64,000 nucleotides of DNA from positions 6,537-70,536 of the forward strand of contig JAFTVQ010000085.1 in assembly GCA_017461865.1 (NCBI GenBank), read 5' to 3'. Positions 1 to 9,700 of the stretch are shown here, piece by piece. The translations under genes were made by a program, and so were the position numbers. The notes beneath the pieces are model-generated. The model had not been told where the DNA came from, did no database searches, and saw only the letters and a program-made list of their open reading frames with translations. The first letter of the stretch is position 1; each line of letters begins with the position of its first letter. The stretch comes from Lachnospiraceae bacterium. Lineage in GTDB: Bacteria; Bacillota; Clostridia; Lachnospirales; Lachnospiraceae.

Positions 1-95
1 CCTATCTTTTTCTGTCTGAGAATTCCACGTAACTTAGCAACTACATCATGTGACGTATATCCTTTTTCCTTATATACGTTTATGATACCGTTCAT
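1..95 (-). CDS. truB: tRNA pseudouridine(55) synthase TruB, first 31 codons only (gene runs off the left edge)
   Basis: Reverse complement of 1..95 reads ATG AAC GGT ATC ... = [32 protein letters not shown], a canonical TruB N-terminus. ATGA start/stop overlap with the preceding DHH gene. Expected position downstream of rbfA. Confidence 0.8.
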   Translation of the reverse strand, partial: MNGIINVYKEKGYTSHDVVAKLRGILRQKKI

Positions 96-1066
96 CTATC
101 ATCCTCCATCTGAAGAGCCAATTGCTCCATCAGACTATTTACGACTTCTTCATATGTTCCGTCAATATTGCATCCGGCTGCACGTACATGTCCGCCTCCG
201 CCAAAATGTGCGGAAACCTTGGACACATCAATGTCGTCCGAGCACGAACGCATACTGATCTTGTAGGACTGTTCTCCTACCTCATAAATATAAACTGCCA
301 CATCGACGCCTTTTACAATGCGCAGCTGATTCACAATACCGGATAAATCTTTTTTATCTGCTCCGTATTCCCGCAGTGTCTTTAAGTCCGTCATGGATAT
401 CATGACACGTCCGTCAAAAAGAGTATACGCATCCATCAACGCCTTGCCGAGAAGTTTTGACTGTACTTCTGTTTTTTCATAAAAGGTTTCATCAATCAGT
501 TTCGGAAAATCAAACCCATAGGAAATCAGTTCAGCCACAATCCGCAGTGTCTTCGGTGACGTGTTGGAATACTGCATAACTCCGCTGTCATGAATAATTC
601 CGATATAAAGCGTCTGCGCCAGTTCCTTATCTATGAGTTTCTTATACTCTTCTTTCTGTGCGATCAACTCATAAACAACTTCTGCTGCCGAGCTGGCACC
701 CGGAACAATATGATCCACATCGCATCCTCCCCGGTTGCTGATATGATGATCGATATTAATCACTTTTTTCGCTGTATCGATATATTTGATTGCTTCTCCG
801 CACCGGTCAGGTACGGTATCTGCCACGATCATGACATCATATGTCTTTTCCGCAGAATAATCCGTTACGATTTCCGAAACACCGCACACAAAATCAAAAA
901 TCGCCGGCGGCTGCTCAATCATTGCATCAATCTGCACCTTTGGAAAAACTTTTTTCAAAAACTGCCACAAAGCCATGACAGAACCAACGCAGTCGCCGTC
1001 CGGATTTACATGTCCGGCGATTCCGATCAGGGCTGCGCCCCTGCATTCCTGTACAATATCTATCAT
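92..1066 (-). CDS. nrnA: DHH/DHHA1 family phosphoesterase (NrnA-like oligoribonuclease / pAp phosphatase)
   Basis: DHH motifs [17 protein letters not shown] and NIDHHISN, plus DHHA1 motif [11 protein letters not shown]. Start moved from the ORF-track start to ATG at 1066 (MIDIVQE...), which follows an AGGGGA RBS and clears the rbfA stop at 1074. Confidence 0.8.
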   Translation of the reverse strand: MIDIVQECRGAALIGIAGHVNPDGDCVGSVMALWQFLKKVFPKVQIDAMIEQPPAIFDFVCGVSEIVTDYSAEKTYDVMIVADTVPDRCGEAIKYIDTAKKVINIDHHISNRGGCDVDHIVPGASSAAEVVYELIAQKEEYKKLIDKELAQTLYIGIIHDSGVMQYSNTSPKTLRIVAELISYGFDFPKLIDETFYEKTEVQSKLLGKALMDAYTLFDGRVMISMTDLKTLREYGADKKDLSGIVNQLRIVKGVDVAVYIYEVGEQSYKISMRSCSDDIDVSKVSAHFGGGGHVRAAGCNIDGTYEEVVNSLMEQLALQMEDDR

Positions 1067-1073
1067 AGTTCCC

Positions 1074-1472
1074 CTATTCTTCTGCATCCTCTGCAGCATC
1101 TTCCTGCTCCTCACGCACAAGGTTCCTGTTCACTTCGTCAATCTTCTTCGACATACTCACACCATATGCAATGGACTGATCCATGATAAATGTAATCTGC
1201 GGCGTATTGCGAAGATTGATTTTTTTTGCAAGTTTGGAACGGATAAATCCTTCTGCACTTTGCAGACCTGCAAGTGTATCCGCAATTTTCTGTTCATCTC
1301 CGAACACCGAAATCCATGCCTTGCATGTTTTCAAATCCGGAGCCACCTCTACTGCCACCACACTCGTCAGCTCGCTGATCCGCGGATCTTTGATTTCTCC
1401 GCGGATGATATCAGCAAGTGCACGCATAACTTCCCCGTTCACACGGGTATTTTTTACACTGTTTTTTCTCAT
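1074..1472 (-). CDS. rbfA: ribosome-binding factor A
   Basis: 132 aa. RbfA-like N-terminus (RVNGEVMRALADIIRGEIKDPR..VVAVEVAPDLK.CK). Sits immediately downstream of infB as in most bacteria. Confidence 0.85.
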   Translation of the reverse strand: MRKNSVKNTRVNGEVMRALADIIRGEIKDPRISELTSVVAVEVAPDLKTCKAWISVFGDEQKIADTLAGLQSAEGFIRSKLAKKINLRNTPQITFIMDQSIAYGVSMSKKIDEVNRNLVREEQEDAAEDAEE

Positions 1473-1480
1473 AATATTTC

Positions 1481-4339
1481 CTATCTTGGTACTTCTACCA
1501 TAATATAAGCTTCTACAATATCAAGCTCCTGCATCTGGTCAAAGCCTTCAAATACAAGACCGCATTCGAATCCTGCTTTTACCTCTTTCACGTCATCTTT
1601 GAAACGTTTCAGTGATGCAAGCTCACCTTCGAAGATCTGATCGCCTTCTCTTGTGATACGTACTTTGCATCCTCTCTGGAACGTGCCGTCAAGTACATAA
1701 GAACCTGCAATGTTACCGATGGCTGACGCTTTGAAAATCTGTCTTACTTCCGCATGACCGATTACTTTTTCCTCGAAGATCGGATCGAGCATACCCTTCA
1801 TGGCAGCTTCCACATCCTCAATTGCCTGATAAATAACTTTATAAAGTCTGACATCCACGCCCTCGCGCTCTGCTGTCGCTTTCGCCATCGCATCCGGTCT
1901 GACATTGAAACCGATAATAATCGCCTGGGAAGCGCTCGCAAGAATCACGTCGGACTCATTGATAGCACCTACACCGCCATGGATGCATTTTACAACAACT
2001 TCCTCGTTGGAAAGTTTCAGAAGACTCTGTTTCACCGCTTCCACGCTACCCTGCACATCAGCCTTAATAATGAGGTTGAGTTCTTTCAGGTTACCTGCCT
2101 GTATCTGTGTAAACAGGTCATCCAAAGACATCTTACTCTTAGTCTCTTCCAGTTTCTTCACTTTATTCTGTGCCACGAAAGTTTCTGCAAACGTCTTCGC
2201 AGTCTTATCGTTTTCATGCGCAATCAGAATTTCGCCCGCATTCGGCACATCGGAAAGACCTAAAATCTCTACCGGTGTACACGGACCTGCTTCTTTCACA
2301 CGGCGTCCCTTGTCGTCCACCATGGCTCTTACTTTACCGTGAGCAGCTCCTGCCGATACAAAGTCACCGACATGGAGTGTTCCCTTCTGGACGAGAACTG
2401 TCGCAACCGGACCGCGTCCTTTGTCAAGCTCCGCTTCCACCACAAGACCTCTTGCGCGTCTGTTTGGATTTGCCTTAAGTTCCAAAATCTCTGCAGTCAG
2501 AAGGATTGTCTCAAGAAGTGTATCAATACCTTCCCCTGTCTTTGCGGAAACCGGAACAAACTCGGTAGTTCCGCCCCAATCTGCCGGAATGAGCTCATAT
2601 TCGGTAAGTTCCTGTTTTACACGGTCAATGTTGGCACTTGGTTTATCCATCTTGTTGACTGCAACCACAATTTCGATACCGGCTGCCTTCGCATGGTTAA
2701 TGGCTTCCACGGTCTGCGGCATAACACCGTCGTCGGCTGCAACTACAAGAATTGCAATATCCGTAGAGTTCGCACCACGCATACGCATGGCTGTAAACGC
2801 CTCATGACCCGGTGTATCCAGGAATGTAATCTTCTGATCGTTGATAGTAACCGTATACGCACCGATGTGCTGTGTAATACCACCTGCTTCACGGTCTGTC
2901 ACATTCGTTTCACGGATAGCATCCAAAAGGGATGTTTTACCGTGGTCAACGTGACCCATAACACAGATAACCGGCGGTCTTGCAACTAAATCTTCCGGAT
3001 TTTCATCCTCTTCCTTCAAAAGTTCTTCAATGACATCTACCTGAACTTCTTTCTCACAAATGATTTCATACTCAATTGCAATTTCTTCTGCTGTTTCAAA
3101 TTCCACTTCCTGGTTTACTGTCACAATCTTACCCTGCATAAACAGCTTCTTCACGATAGCAGACGGCTGAATTTTCATCTTATCTGCAAGATCTTTGATT
3201 GTAATCGTTTCAGGAATTGTAATTACTTTAATCTGCTCCTCCGGAGGTGTCTCCTTCTTCTCCGGCTTAATAAAGCGTCCCGCTTTATTTTTATTCTTCA
3301 TCATCATCTCGTTATCATCTTCGTAGATGTGATCTTTTTTACTTCTCTTATCTCTGTCCTGATTATTGCGTCGTTTCTCATCGTCACGATGCTTTTCCTG
3401 CTCTTTTATCGGGCTTTCCGGAATGAACGAAGCCTTACCGCCCTGATTTTTGCGCGGTCCATTCTGCGATCTGCCATCGCCGTACGAGCCGCGTTCGTTA
3501 CCGCCAAAAGATCTCGAATTACCGCCGCGACCCTGAGAATCACCATTACCCTGGCCACCACGGTTAAAACCGTTACCACTCTGTCTGTCAGAGTAGTTTC
3601 TGTTTTCTCTGTTATCATTTCCGCCACCCTTTCCGTACTGCGGCTTTCTGTCTCTGTCATTAAAACGTTTCTGTCCGTCACCTCTTCTGTCGGAACCAGA
3701 TGACTGCATAACTTCAGCCGGTCTCTCTGTCTGAACATTTGGACTTTCTGCAATTTCCGGTTTCGTTTTCGGCTTGCCCTGATTCATCGGCTGCGGCTTC
3801 GGTGTCGGTGTGATTGCCACCGGCTTAATTACCGGTTTCGGCAATGGTCTGTACGGCTGTGAAGCATTGTTGTTTCTCTGTCCTCCGCCGTATCCGTTTC
3901 TGTCACCGCCATTTCCCTGCGGACGATTGTTTCCGCCACCCTGCGGACGTTTCGGTCCCATACTGCTGTTCTGCGGATTGCTGACAAAAATAATGCTTTT
4001 TTTCTTTTTCGGTGCTTCCGCCTTCGGTGCCTCCGCTTTCGGTGCTTCTGCCTTCGGAGCCTCTGCCTTCGGTGCTTCTGCCTTCGGAGCCTCTGCCTTC
4101 GGTGCTTCTGCCTTCGGCACTTCCGCCTTCGGTGCTTCTGCCTTCGGCACTTCCGCCTTCGGTGCTTCCGCTTTTGCTTCTTTCTTTCCGAAGTTTGCTC
4201 TCACCGCCTGTGCAGCTTCCTCATCCACACCGGAATCACTTCGTTTCACTTCGATTCCCTTGGTTGCCAAAAATCCTTTCACATCATCGTTTGATATATT
4301 TAACTCTTCTGCAAGTTCACGTACTTTAATTTTCGCCAT
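1481..4339 (-). CDS. infB: translation initiation factor IF-2
   Basis: 952 aa. [14 protein letters not shown]-terminus. GTPase motifs [22 protein letters not shown] and NKMD. Conserved C-terminal domains. Low-complexity G/R/N-rich linker. Confidence 0.97.
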   Translation of the reverse strand: MAKIKVRELAEELNISNDDVKGFLATKGIEVKRSDSGVDEEAAQAVRANFGKKEAKAEAPKAEVPKAEAPKAEVPKAEAPKAEAPKAEAPKAEAPKAEAPKAEAPKAEAPKKKKSIIFVSNPQNSSMGPKRPQGGGNNRPQGNGGDRNGYGGGQRNNNASQPYRPLPKPVIKPVAITPTPKPQPMNQGKPKTKPEIAESPNVQTERPAEVMQSSGSDRRGDGQKRFNDRDRKPQYGKGGGNDNRENRNYSDRQSGNGFNRGGQGNGDSQGRGGNSRSFGGNERGSYGDGRSQNGPRKNQGGKASFIPESPIKEQEKHRDDEKRRNNQDRDKRSKKDHIYEDDNEMMMKNKNKAGRFIKPEKKETPPEEQIKVITIPETITIKDLADKMKIQPSAIVKKLFMQGKIVTVNQEVEFETAEEIAIEYEIICEKEVQVDVIEELLKEEDENPEDLVARPPVICVMGHVDHGKTSLLDAIRETNVTDREAGGITQHIGAYTVTINDQKITFLDTPGHEAFTAMRMRGANSTDIAILVVAADDGVMPQTVEAINHAKAAGIEIVVAVNKMDKPSANIDRVKQELTEYELIPADWGGTTEFVPVSAKTGEGIDTLLETILLTAEILELKANPNRRARGLVVEAELDKGRGPVATVLVQKGTLHVGDFVSAGAAHGKVRAMVDDKGRRVKEAGPCTPVEILGLSDVPNAGEILIAHENDKTAKTFAETFVAQNKVKKLEETKSKMSLDDLFTQIQAGNLKELNLIIKADVQGSVEAVKQSLLKLSNEEVVVKCIHGGVGAINESDVILASASQAIIIGFNVRPDAMAKATAEREGVDVRLYKVIYQAIEDVEAAMKGMLDPIFEEKVIGHAEVRQIFKASAIGNIAGSYVLDGTFQRGCKVRITREGDQIFEGELASLKRFKDDVKEVKAGFECGLVFEGFDQMQELDIVEAYIMVEVPR
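4010..4174 (-). repeat. 15-bp in-frame tandem repeat (~10-11 copies) encoding ([10 protein letters not shown])n in the IF-2 N-terminal region
   Basis: Plus strand reads gcttctgccttcggt/gcctctgccttcggt repeated head to tail. The protein reads [59 protein letters not shown]. Confidence 0.9.
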
Positions 4340-4353
4340 CTTACTACCTCCGT

Positions 4354-4695
4354 CTAATTTTGTGTCCCGTCAAGTAATTTACGAATCGACTGCGCAAATC
4401 CGAAATCTGTCACTGCAAGAGACGCTCTCATCTCTTTGCCCATTGCATGGCCAAGCTCCTCCTTGACTCCGAACTCATAACAAGGAATTTCATAAAAACT
4501 GCTTTTATCTTTAAAAAGCTTCTTTGTATTGTCCGAAGCATCCTCTGCAACAATCACCAGCTCCGCCTGAAATGACTTTACTGCTTTTTCCGTTGCAAAT
4601 TCTCCGCTGACCGTTTTTCCGGCTCTTGTCGCAAGACCGATCATGGAAAAAATCTTCTTTTTATTATGATCTGTATTATTCAATGCTTCCCTCAT
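4354..4695 (-). CDS. ylxQ: L7Ae/L30e-family RNA-binding protein YlxQ
   Basis: Core sequence [46 protein letters not shown] is typical of YlxQ. Sits between ylxR and infB. Start is ambiguous: ATG 4695 overlaps the ylxR end, ATG 4644 is the alternative, and the ORF-track TTG at 4731 is unlikely. Confidence 0.7.
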   Translation of the reverse strand: MREALNNTDHNKKKIFSMIGLATRAGKTVSGEFATEKAVKSFQAELVIVAEDASDNTKKLFKDKSSFYEIPCYEFGVKEELGHAMGKEMRASLAVTDFGFAQSIRKLLDGTQN

Positions 4696-4945
4696 ACTCC
4701 TTTTGAAGTTTCTCGTAAATCGACTTGTCAATACTCATTTTGAAGGAGCGCTCCAATCCTTTGCTTTTCACAGCAAGATTTAAACATTCTTTCTGCCTGC
4801 AAAGATAGGCACCTCTTCCGTTTTGCTTTCCGGTTAAATCCAGAACAATCTCGTCTTCCGGTGTTTTGATGACACGCATCATTTCTTTTTTTGGTCTCAT
4901 CTCCCCACATCCGACGCATTGTCTGAGCGGTATTTTTTTACCCAT
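4676..4945 (-). CDS. ylxR: YlxR/RnpM (DUF448) RNA-binding protein
   Basis: 89 aa. Signature IPLRQCVGCGEMRPKKEMMRV....GRGAYLC. Conserved nusA-ylxR-ylxQ-infB order. Confidence 0.85.
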   Translation of the reverse strand: MGKKIPLRQCVGCGEMRPKKEMMRVIKTPEDEIVLDLTGKQNGRGAYLCRQKECLNLAVKSKGLERSFKMSIDKSIYEKLQKEYEGSIE

Positions 4946-4953
4946 ATAAACCT

Positions 4954-6093
4954 CTATTCTTCGTAGCTTTCCTCTGAATATTCTTCATATTCTTCGTACT
5001 CGCCGTCCTCATATTCATCCATATAATCTTCATAGCGGAATCCAGGTGCATCTTTTGCCTGTGTCTCGCTCTTGATATCAATCTTGTAACCGGTCAATCT
5101 CGCTGCAAGTCTCGCATTCTGACCTTCTTTACCGATGGCAAGTGACAACTGATAATCCGGAACAACTACTTTCGCTGTCTTTTCATCCGGATCCGCAAAC
5201 ACTGCTACGATCTTAGCCGGAGACAATGCATTCTGAATGAGATTACCAGGGTTTTCATCCCAGTTGATAATGTCAATCTTCTCGCCGCGAAGCTCATCAA
5301 CAATCGTATTGACACGGGAACCGTTCATTCCGACACAAGCACCCACCGGATCCACGTTCGGATTGTCGCTCCAAACTGCCATCTTTGTACGGCTTCCGGC
5401 CTCACGGGCAATCGCTTTGATTTCAACCGTTCCGTCTGCAATCTCTGCCACTTCCGCCTCAAACAAACGCTTCACAAGCTCCGGATGCGTACGGCTCACT
5501 AAAATACGTGCTCCTTTTGTTGTATTCTTTACTTCGAGAATATATACCTTAATTCTGTCGGTCGGTTTAAAATGCTCTGTCTTTACCTGTTCATTCTCAT
5601 TGAGAAGCGCTTCCGCTTTTCCGAGATCAATGCTGATGTTCTTTCCGATATATCTCTGCACGATACCTGTCATGATATCTTTTTCTTTTTCAAAATACTG
5701 GTTGTAAATTACGCTGCGCTCTTCTTCCCTGATTTTCTGCAAGATTACATTCTTTGCATTCTGCGCTGCAATACGTCCGAACTCTTTGGACTCAATCTTA
5801 ACCTGTACCTTCTCGCCGACTTTTGCTTTCTTGCTGTATTTTAATGCATCGGAAAGTGCAATCTGCAGACATGCATCCTCCACTTCCTCAGCTGTCGCCA
5901 CAACATCCTTCTCCGCGATCACTTTATAATCACATGTCTCTCTGTCAATGGTTACCGTAATATTGTCCGCTTTACCGAAATGATTCTTGCATGCTGTCAT
6001 CAACGAATTTTCGATTGCTTCAAATAATGTCTCTTTGCTGATCTCCTTCTCCTTTTCCAACATGTCAAGTGCTGTCATTAATTCCTTGTTCAT
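4954..6093 (-). CDS. nusA: transcription termination/antitermination factor NusA
   Basis: 379 aa. NusA N-terminus MNKELMTALDMLEKEKEISKE, S1 and two KH regions (ACVGMNGSRV, LAIGKEGQNARLA), acidic tail. Confidence 0.95.
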   Translation of the reverse strand: MNKELMTALDMLEKEKEISKETLFEAIENSLMTACKNHFGKADNITVTIDRETCDYKVIAEKDVVATAEEVEDACLQIALSDALKYSKKAKVGEKVQVKIESKEFGRIAAQNAKNVILQKIREEERSVIYNQYFEKEKDIMTGIVQRYIGKNISIDLGKAEALLNENEQVKTEHFKPTDRIKVYILEVKNTTKGARILVSRTHPELVKRLFEAEVAEIADGTVEIKAIAREAGSRTKMAVWSDNPNVDPVGACVGMNGSRVNTIVDELRGEKIDIINWDENPGNLIQNALSPAKIVAVFADPDEKTAKVVVPDYQLSLAIGKEGQNARLAARLTGYKIDIKSETQAKDAPGFRYEDYMDEYEDGEYEEYEEYSEESYEE

Positions 6094-6111
6094 TTTCCTT
6101 TTTCCTCCTAA

Positions 6112-6576
6112 TTAAAAATCAATATGCGGACGTACCAACGCCAGATCCGCTCTTGCAAATTGTTTCTCACCGTTTTCTGTCCAAATGGTGATACTTCCTT
6201 TATCATACGCTTTTAATATACCTTCAAAGTCCTTGGACTTATCGATCATCCTATAGGTTTTGATTTCGATCTCTTTTTCGAGATACCGCTCAAAATCTTT
6301 ATCTTTTTTCAGCGGACGCAGGAGTCCCGGACTGCTCACTTCCATAATGTAAGAATCCTCAATGAAATCTTCCCTGTCCAGCTGTTCGGAGAAAGCCCTG
6401 CTCACCAATTCACAGTCATCAATGGTAATCCCGCCCGGCTTATCAATGTACGCCCGAAGATACCAGTTACTTCCTTCCTTTACATACTCCACATCCACCA
6501 GTTCAAAACCATTGGCAGTCACAATGGGCTGCAAAAGTTCTTCCGAACGGTTTTCGTAGTTGTCACGTTTTGACAT
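6112..6576 (-). CDS. rimP: ribosome maturation factor RimP
   Basis: RimP-like sequence (LVDVEYVKEGSNWYLRAYIDKPGGITIDDCE..VSSPGLLRPL). Start set to ATG 6576 (MSKRDNYE...) behind an AGGTGA RBS. The 20-codon N-terminal extension in the ORF track is occupied by a terminator-like palindrome. Confidence 0.85.
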   Translation of the reverse strand: MSKRDNYENRSEELLQPIVTANGFELVDVEYVKEGSNWYLRAYIDKPGGITIDDCELVSRAFSEQLDREDFIEDSYIMEVSSPGLLRPLKKDKDFERYLEKEIEIKTYRMIDKSKDFEGILKAYDKGSITIWTENGEKQFARADLALVRPHIDF

Positions 6577-6612
6577 TCGTTCACCTGTCCTTCCTGCCTT
6601 ATCAGACAATGT

Positions 6613-6639
6613 AAAAGAGTGGACTTGCAAGTCCACTCT
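6613..6639 (-). terminator. Intrinsic-terminator-like hairpin in the rimP-nusA-infB leader (also downstream of the RND gene)
   Basis: Perfect 24-nt palindrome AGAGTGGACTTG/CAAGTCCACTCT (6616..6639), followed on the transcribed strand by TTTTACATTG. Lies between the predicted promoter and the rimP RBS. Confidence 0.55.
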
Positions 6640-6668
6640 CTTATCATTTCTTATTTATCACTTTAGTC

Positions 6669-6697
6669 AGTATAGCACTCTGCGCCTTGAAATGCAA
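6669..6697 (-). promoter_or_regulatory. Predicted sigma-A promoter of the rimP-nusA-infB operon
   Basis: Minus strand reads TTGCAT (6692..6697), 17 nt, TGc TATACT (-10 at 6669..6674), i.e. an extended -10. About 90 nt upstream of the rimP ATG. Confidence 0.55.
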
Positions 6698-6731
6698 GCA
6701 TTTCGGCACATTTTTTGCCATTTCTTCAAGT

Positions 6732-9700
6732 TTATACCGGACCGCCCAGGTCACTGTCGTCATCCTCATCACCGATATCAATCTCTTTAATCTCTCTCTT
6801 AAAGAAAACATCATACATAATCGGAATGATAAACAGCGTCATAAGCGTTGCATACGCAAGACCGCCGATAGTTACAATTACCATACCTCGGCTCATAACC
6901 GCAGAAGCATCTCTGGAAAGCGCCATTGTCATCATAGCAAGAATCGTTGTAAGCGCCGTCATAAGAATCGGTCTCATACGGGTCTTTCCGGTCTCTACCA
7001 GCGCTTCGTGTTTTTCCATACCGGCAAGGCGGAGCTGATTCGTATAATCCACGAACACGATACCGTTATTAACAACCACACCGGCCAACACCAAAAATCC
7101 CATCATTGCAATCATGGAAAGATCTTCTCCCGTGAACAACAGTCCCAGGAAACCGCCCGTAAATGCGAGCGGGATTGTAAAGAGCACAATGAACGGTGAC
7201 AGAAGACTTTGGAACTGCGCCACCATAATCAGATAGATGAAGATGACCGCAAGAAGAATCATGAGAAGCATATCCTCCATCATACTCATAACCTCTGTAC
7301 TTTCACCGGCAATCTCCACACGGATTCCGTCCGGCACCTGATATTTTGCCAATTTGTCCTCCACCTGTCTGGAGAGAAGCGTCGTATTGTAGCCATCCAT
7401 TGTTTCCGCCGAAACAGTCATATATCTTTCCTGATTGACACGGGAAATCTGTGCAATACTTTCACCTTCCGAAATCTCGGCAAACTCTTTGAGTTTATGG
7501 GTCTCCTCAACCTCTTTTCCCTCATCATCCGTCGTCTTCACGGTAAATTCATAATCCATCAGATTATCTTCGGTAATTTTTTTCGTTTCGTTCACTACCG
7601 TTACCTGATATTTACCGTCTTCGGTATTTAATGTGGTAACATCGGCTTCTGTTGTCAGCTTCCCTGATATCTCCATAAAAATCTGTGCCACAGTAAGTCC
7701 GTGACGCATCGCTTTATCTTTATCAATGGTGATTTCGAGCTGTCTGTCTGCTTCCTCCTGTCCGTTTGAAACATTTTCAAACCCTTTCACGTCCTCCAGA
7801 AGCGAAACCATATCGTTACTCACTTCAAGTATCTCATCCGTATCTTCACCATACACATTAATCTGGAGACCGCTGCTCATCAGTGCGGAAATATCCATAT
7901 TCGAAGTTGCAATGGTATATTCGGTATCCGCATATCCTTCCTGCATGATTTGCTCCAGCTTATCTGCCACAACTCCGTTGTCTTTTCCTGTCGCATCATC
8001 CAAAATCAGATAAAATGAAAAATCTTTATTTGTTCCGGAAGACATCATGACATCTCCGCTGCCGCCGCCTGACATAATACCTACGGTCACAATGCCGTCA
8101 ATATCCCTGATTTTTTCCATCAAATCATCCGCTGCCGCATAGCCGTCTTCCACTTCCCATTCTGCCGGAACACTCATGGTCATACTCATCTGATTGCCGC
8201 CCATGGACGGAAGTAAAACCATACCGGTATTAAGCACTCTGATAATACAGAATACCAAAAGCACAATGGCAACCGCCATCGGAACAACCTTTACTTTCAG
8301 GCAGAAACGAATCGCTTTCTCATAAAGTCCGATTACCTTATCAAACCATTTATGACTCTTTTCATTTGCATTTTTCAGCACAGTCGCACTCATACACGGC
8401 ACAAAGGTCAACGCCACAATCAGACTGGCAACCAAACTGTATCCGATGGTGAGAGCCATATCCGTAAACAACTGTCTCGTAAGACCGCTTGTAAACACAA
8501 TCGGAAGAAATACACAAATCGTTGTCAATGTGGACGCCGTAATGGCACCTCCGACCTGTTTCGCTCCCATAACTGCTGCCCGGGCTGCCGGTACTCCCTT
8601 ATTCCTGAGACGGTAAATATTTTCAATAACGACGATCGAGTTGTCTACCAGCATACCGACACCCAGGGCAAGACCGGACAGGGAAATCATATTCATCGTA
8701 ACATCCGAGAAGTACATAAGCACAATGGCAAAAAGCACACTGAGCGGAATACTGAATGCAACCACAAGCGTCGGCTTATAATCCTTCAGGAAAATCGCAA
8801 GTACAATAATCGCAAGAAGCGCACCCCAAATCAGGTTCGAGAGCACAGAATTGATAATTAATCCGATGTAATCGCCCTGATCCATAAGCGGTGTCAAATG
8901 GAGTCCGACATACTCTTCTTCCAGTTCCTCTATGGTTTCCTTCAACGTCTCGGATACAGCAGATGTACCAGCCGTACTCGATTTCATAATACTTAAAATA
9001 ACCGCATCATTGCCATTTAATTTTGCATAGCTGTCATCGGCATTGTCAATGACCGTAACCGCAGCCACATCACTGATTCGTACGTCTCCGATTTTATCAA
9101 TCTTGCAAAGGATCATATTTTCAATCTGCTGCACCGTATCAAATTCTTCCCCGATTTTCACAAGAACCTGGGTATCATCCCCATTATCAATATAGCCCGC
9201 CGGCATGGAAAAATTCTGTGCAGCAATGAGCTGCGATAATGTCTCGAGGGATAACAGAGCATCCATATTTGCACTTTCAAGCGCTGCTTCCCTGCTCTCA
9301 TCCAGCTGTTCCTGCGCCTGCTCCATCTGGGTCTTTCCTTCTTCGATGGAAGTCAGTCCGGACTCCATCTGCGCCGTGTACGCACCGAAAGAAGCTGCTG
9401 CCGTTATCTTTCCTGCTTCTACATCCACATAAGCTGCTTCAGCTTCTGCAATCGAAGCGTCAATCTGTTCATTGATCTTTTCTGTCGCCGCAATTTCAAT
9501 CTTTAAGTTGGCCAGTTCCGTCTCAATCTGCGGAATGCGAACCTCAACAATATCATAAAGCTTTTTGAGGTTCTTCTTTGTCATATTTTTTGCCGCTTCT
9601 TCCTGTCCCTGCTCCTTCAGCATGGCGCGGAATGCCTTTAATTTTTTCGGATTGTCAATGGCATCTTTCACATTTTTCGGAATATTGTCAAGCTGAGCCG

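Noticed and set aside
4010-4174. Regular short repeats that could be mistaken for a CRISPR-like or minisatellite array.
   Set aside because: The period is only 15 bp with no spacers. The repeats are in frame inside infB and translate to a PKAEA peptide repeat. There are no cas genes anywhere in the window.
6577-6636. N-terminal extensions in the ORF track for rimP. The same applies to nrnA 1067..1120, ispG 17327..17377, uppS 21196..21207, sigD 32203..32217, cheC 33691..33735, cheB 37332..37364, PilZ 38044..38058, fliP 45372..45455, motB 49716..49763, fliH 58610..58696, flgB 62512..62532 and codY 63512..63523.
   Set aside because: In each case an internal ATG/GTG/TTG is preceded by a GGAGG-type RBS at proper spacing. 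That start gives the N-terminus typical of the family and removes an implausible long overlap with the upstream gene. For rimP, the extension is occupied by a promoter-proximal palindrome.
6688-6700. 13-nt identity TGAAATGCAAGCA (minus strand TGCTTGCATTTCA) shared by the predicted -35 regions of the rimP promoter and the tRNA-Glu promoter (second copy at 11650..11662).
   Set aside because: By rough expectation, tens of 13-nt identical pairs should occur by chance in 64 kb. The shared core is essentially a TTGCAT -35 box with similar flanks. I did not treat it as a dedicated regulatory motif.
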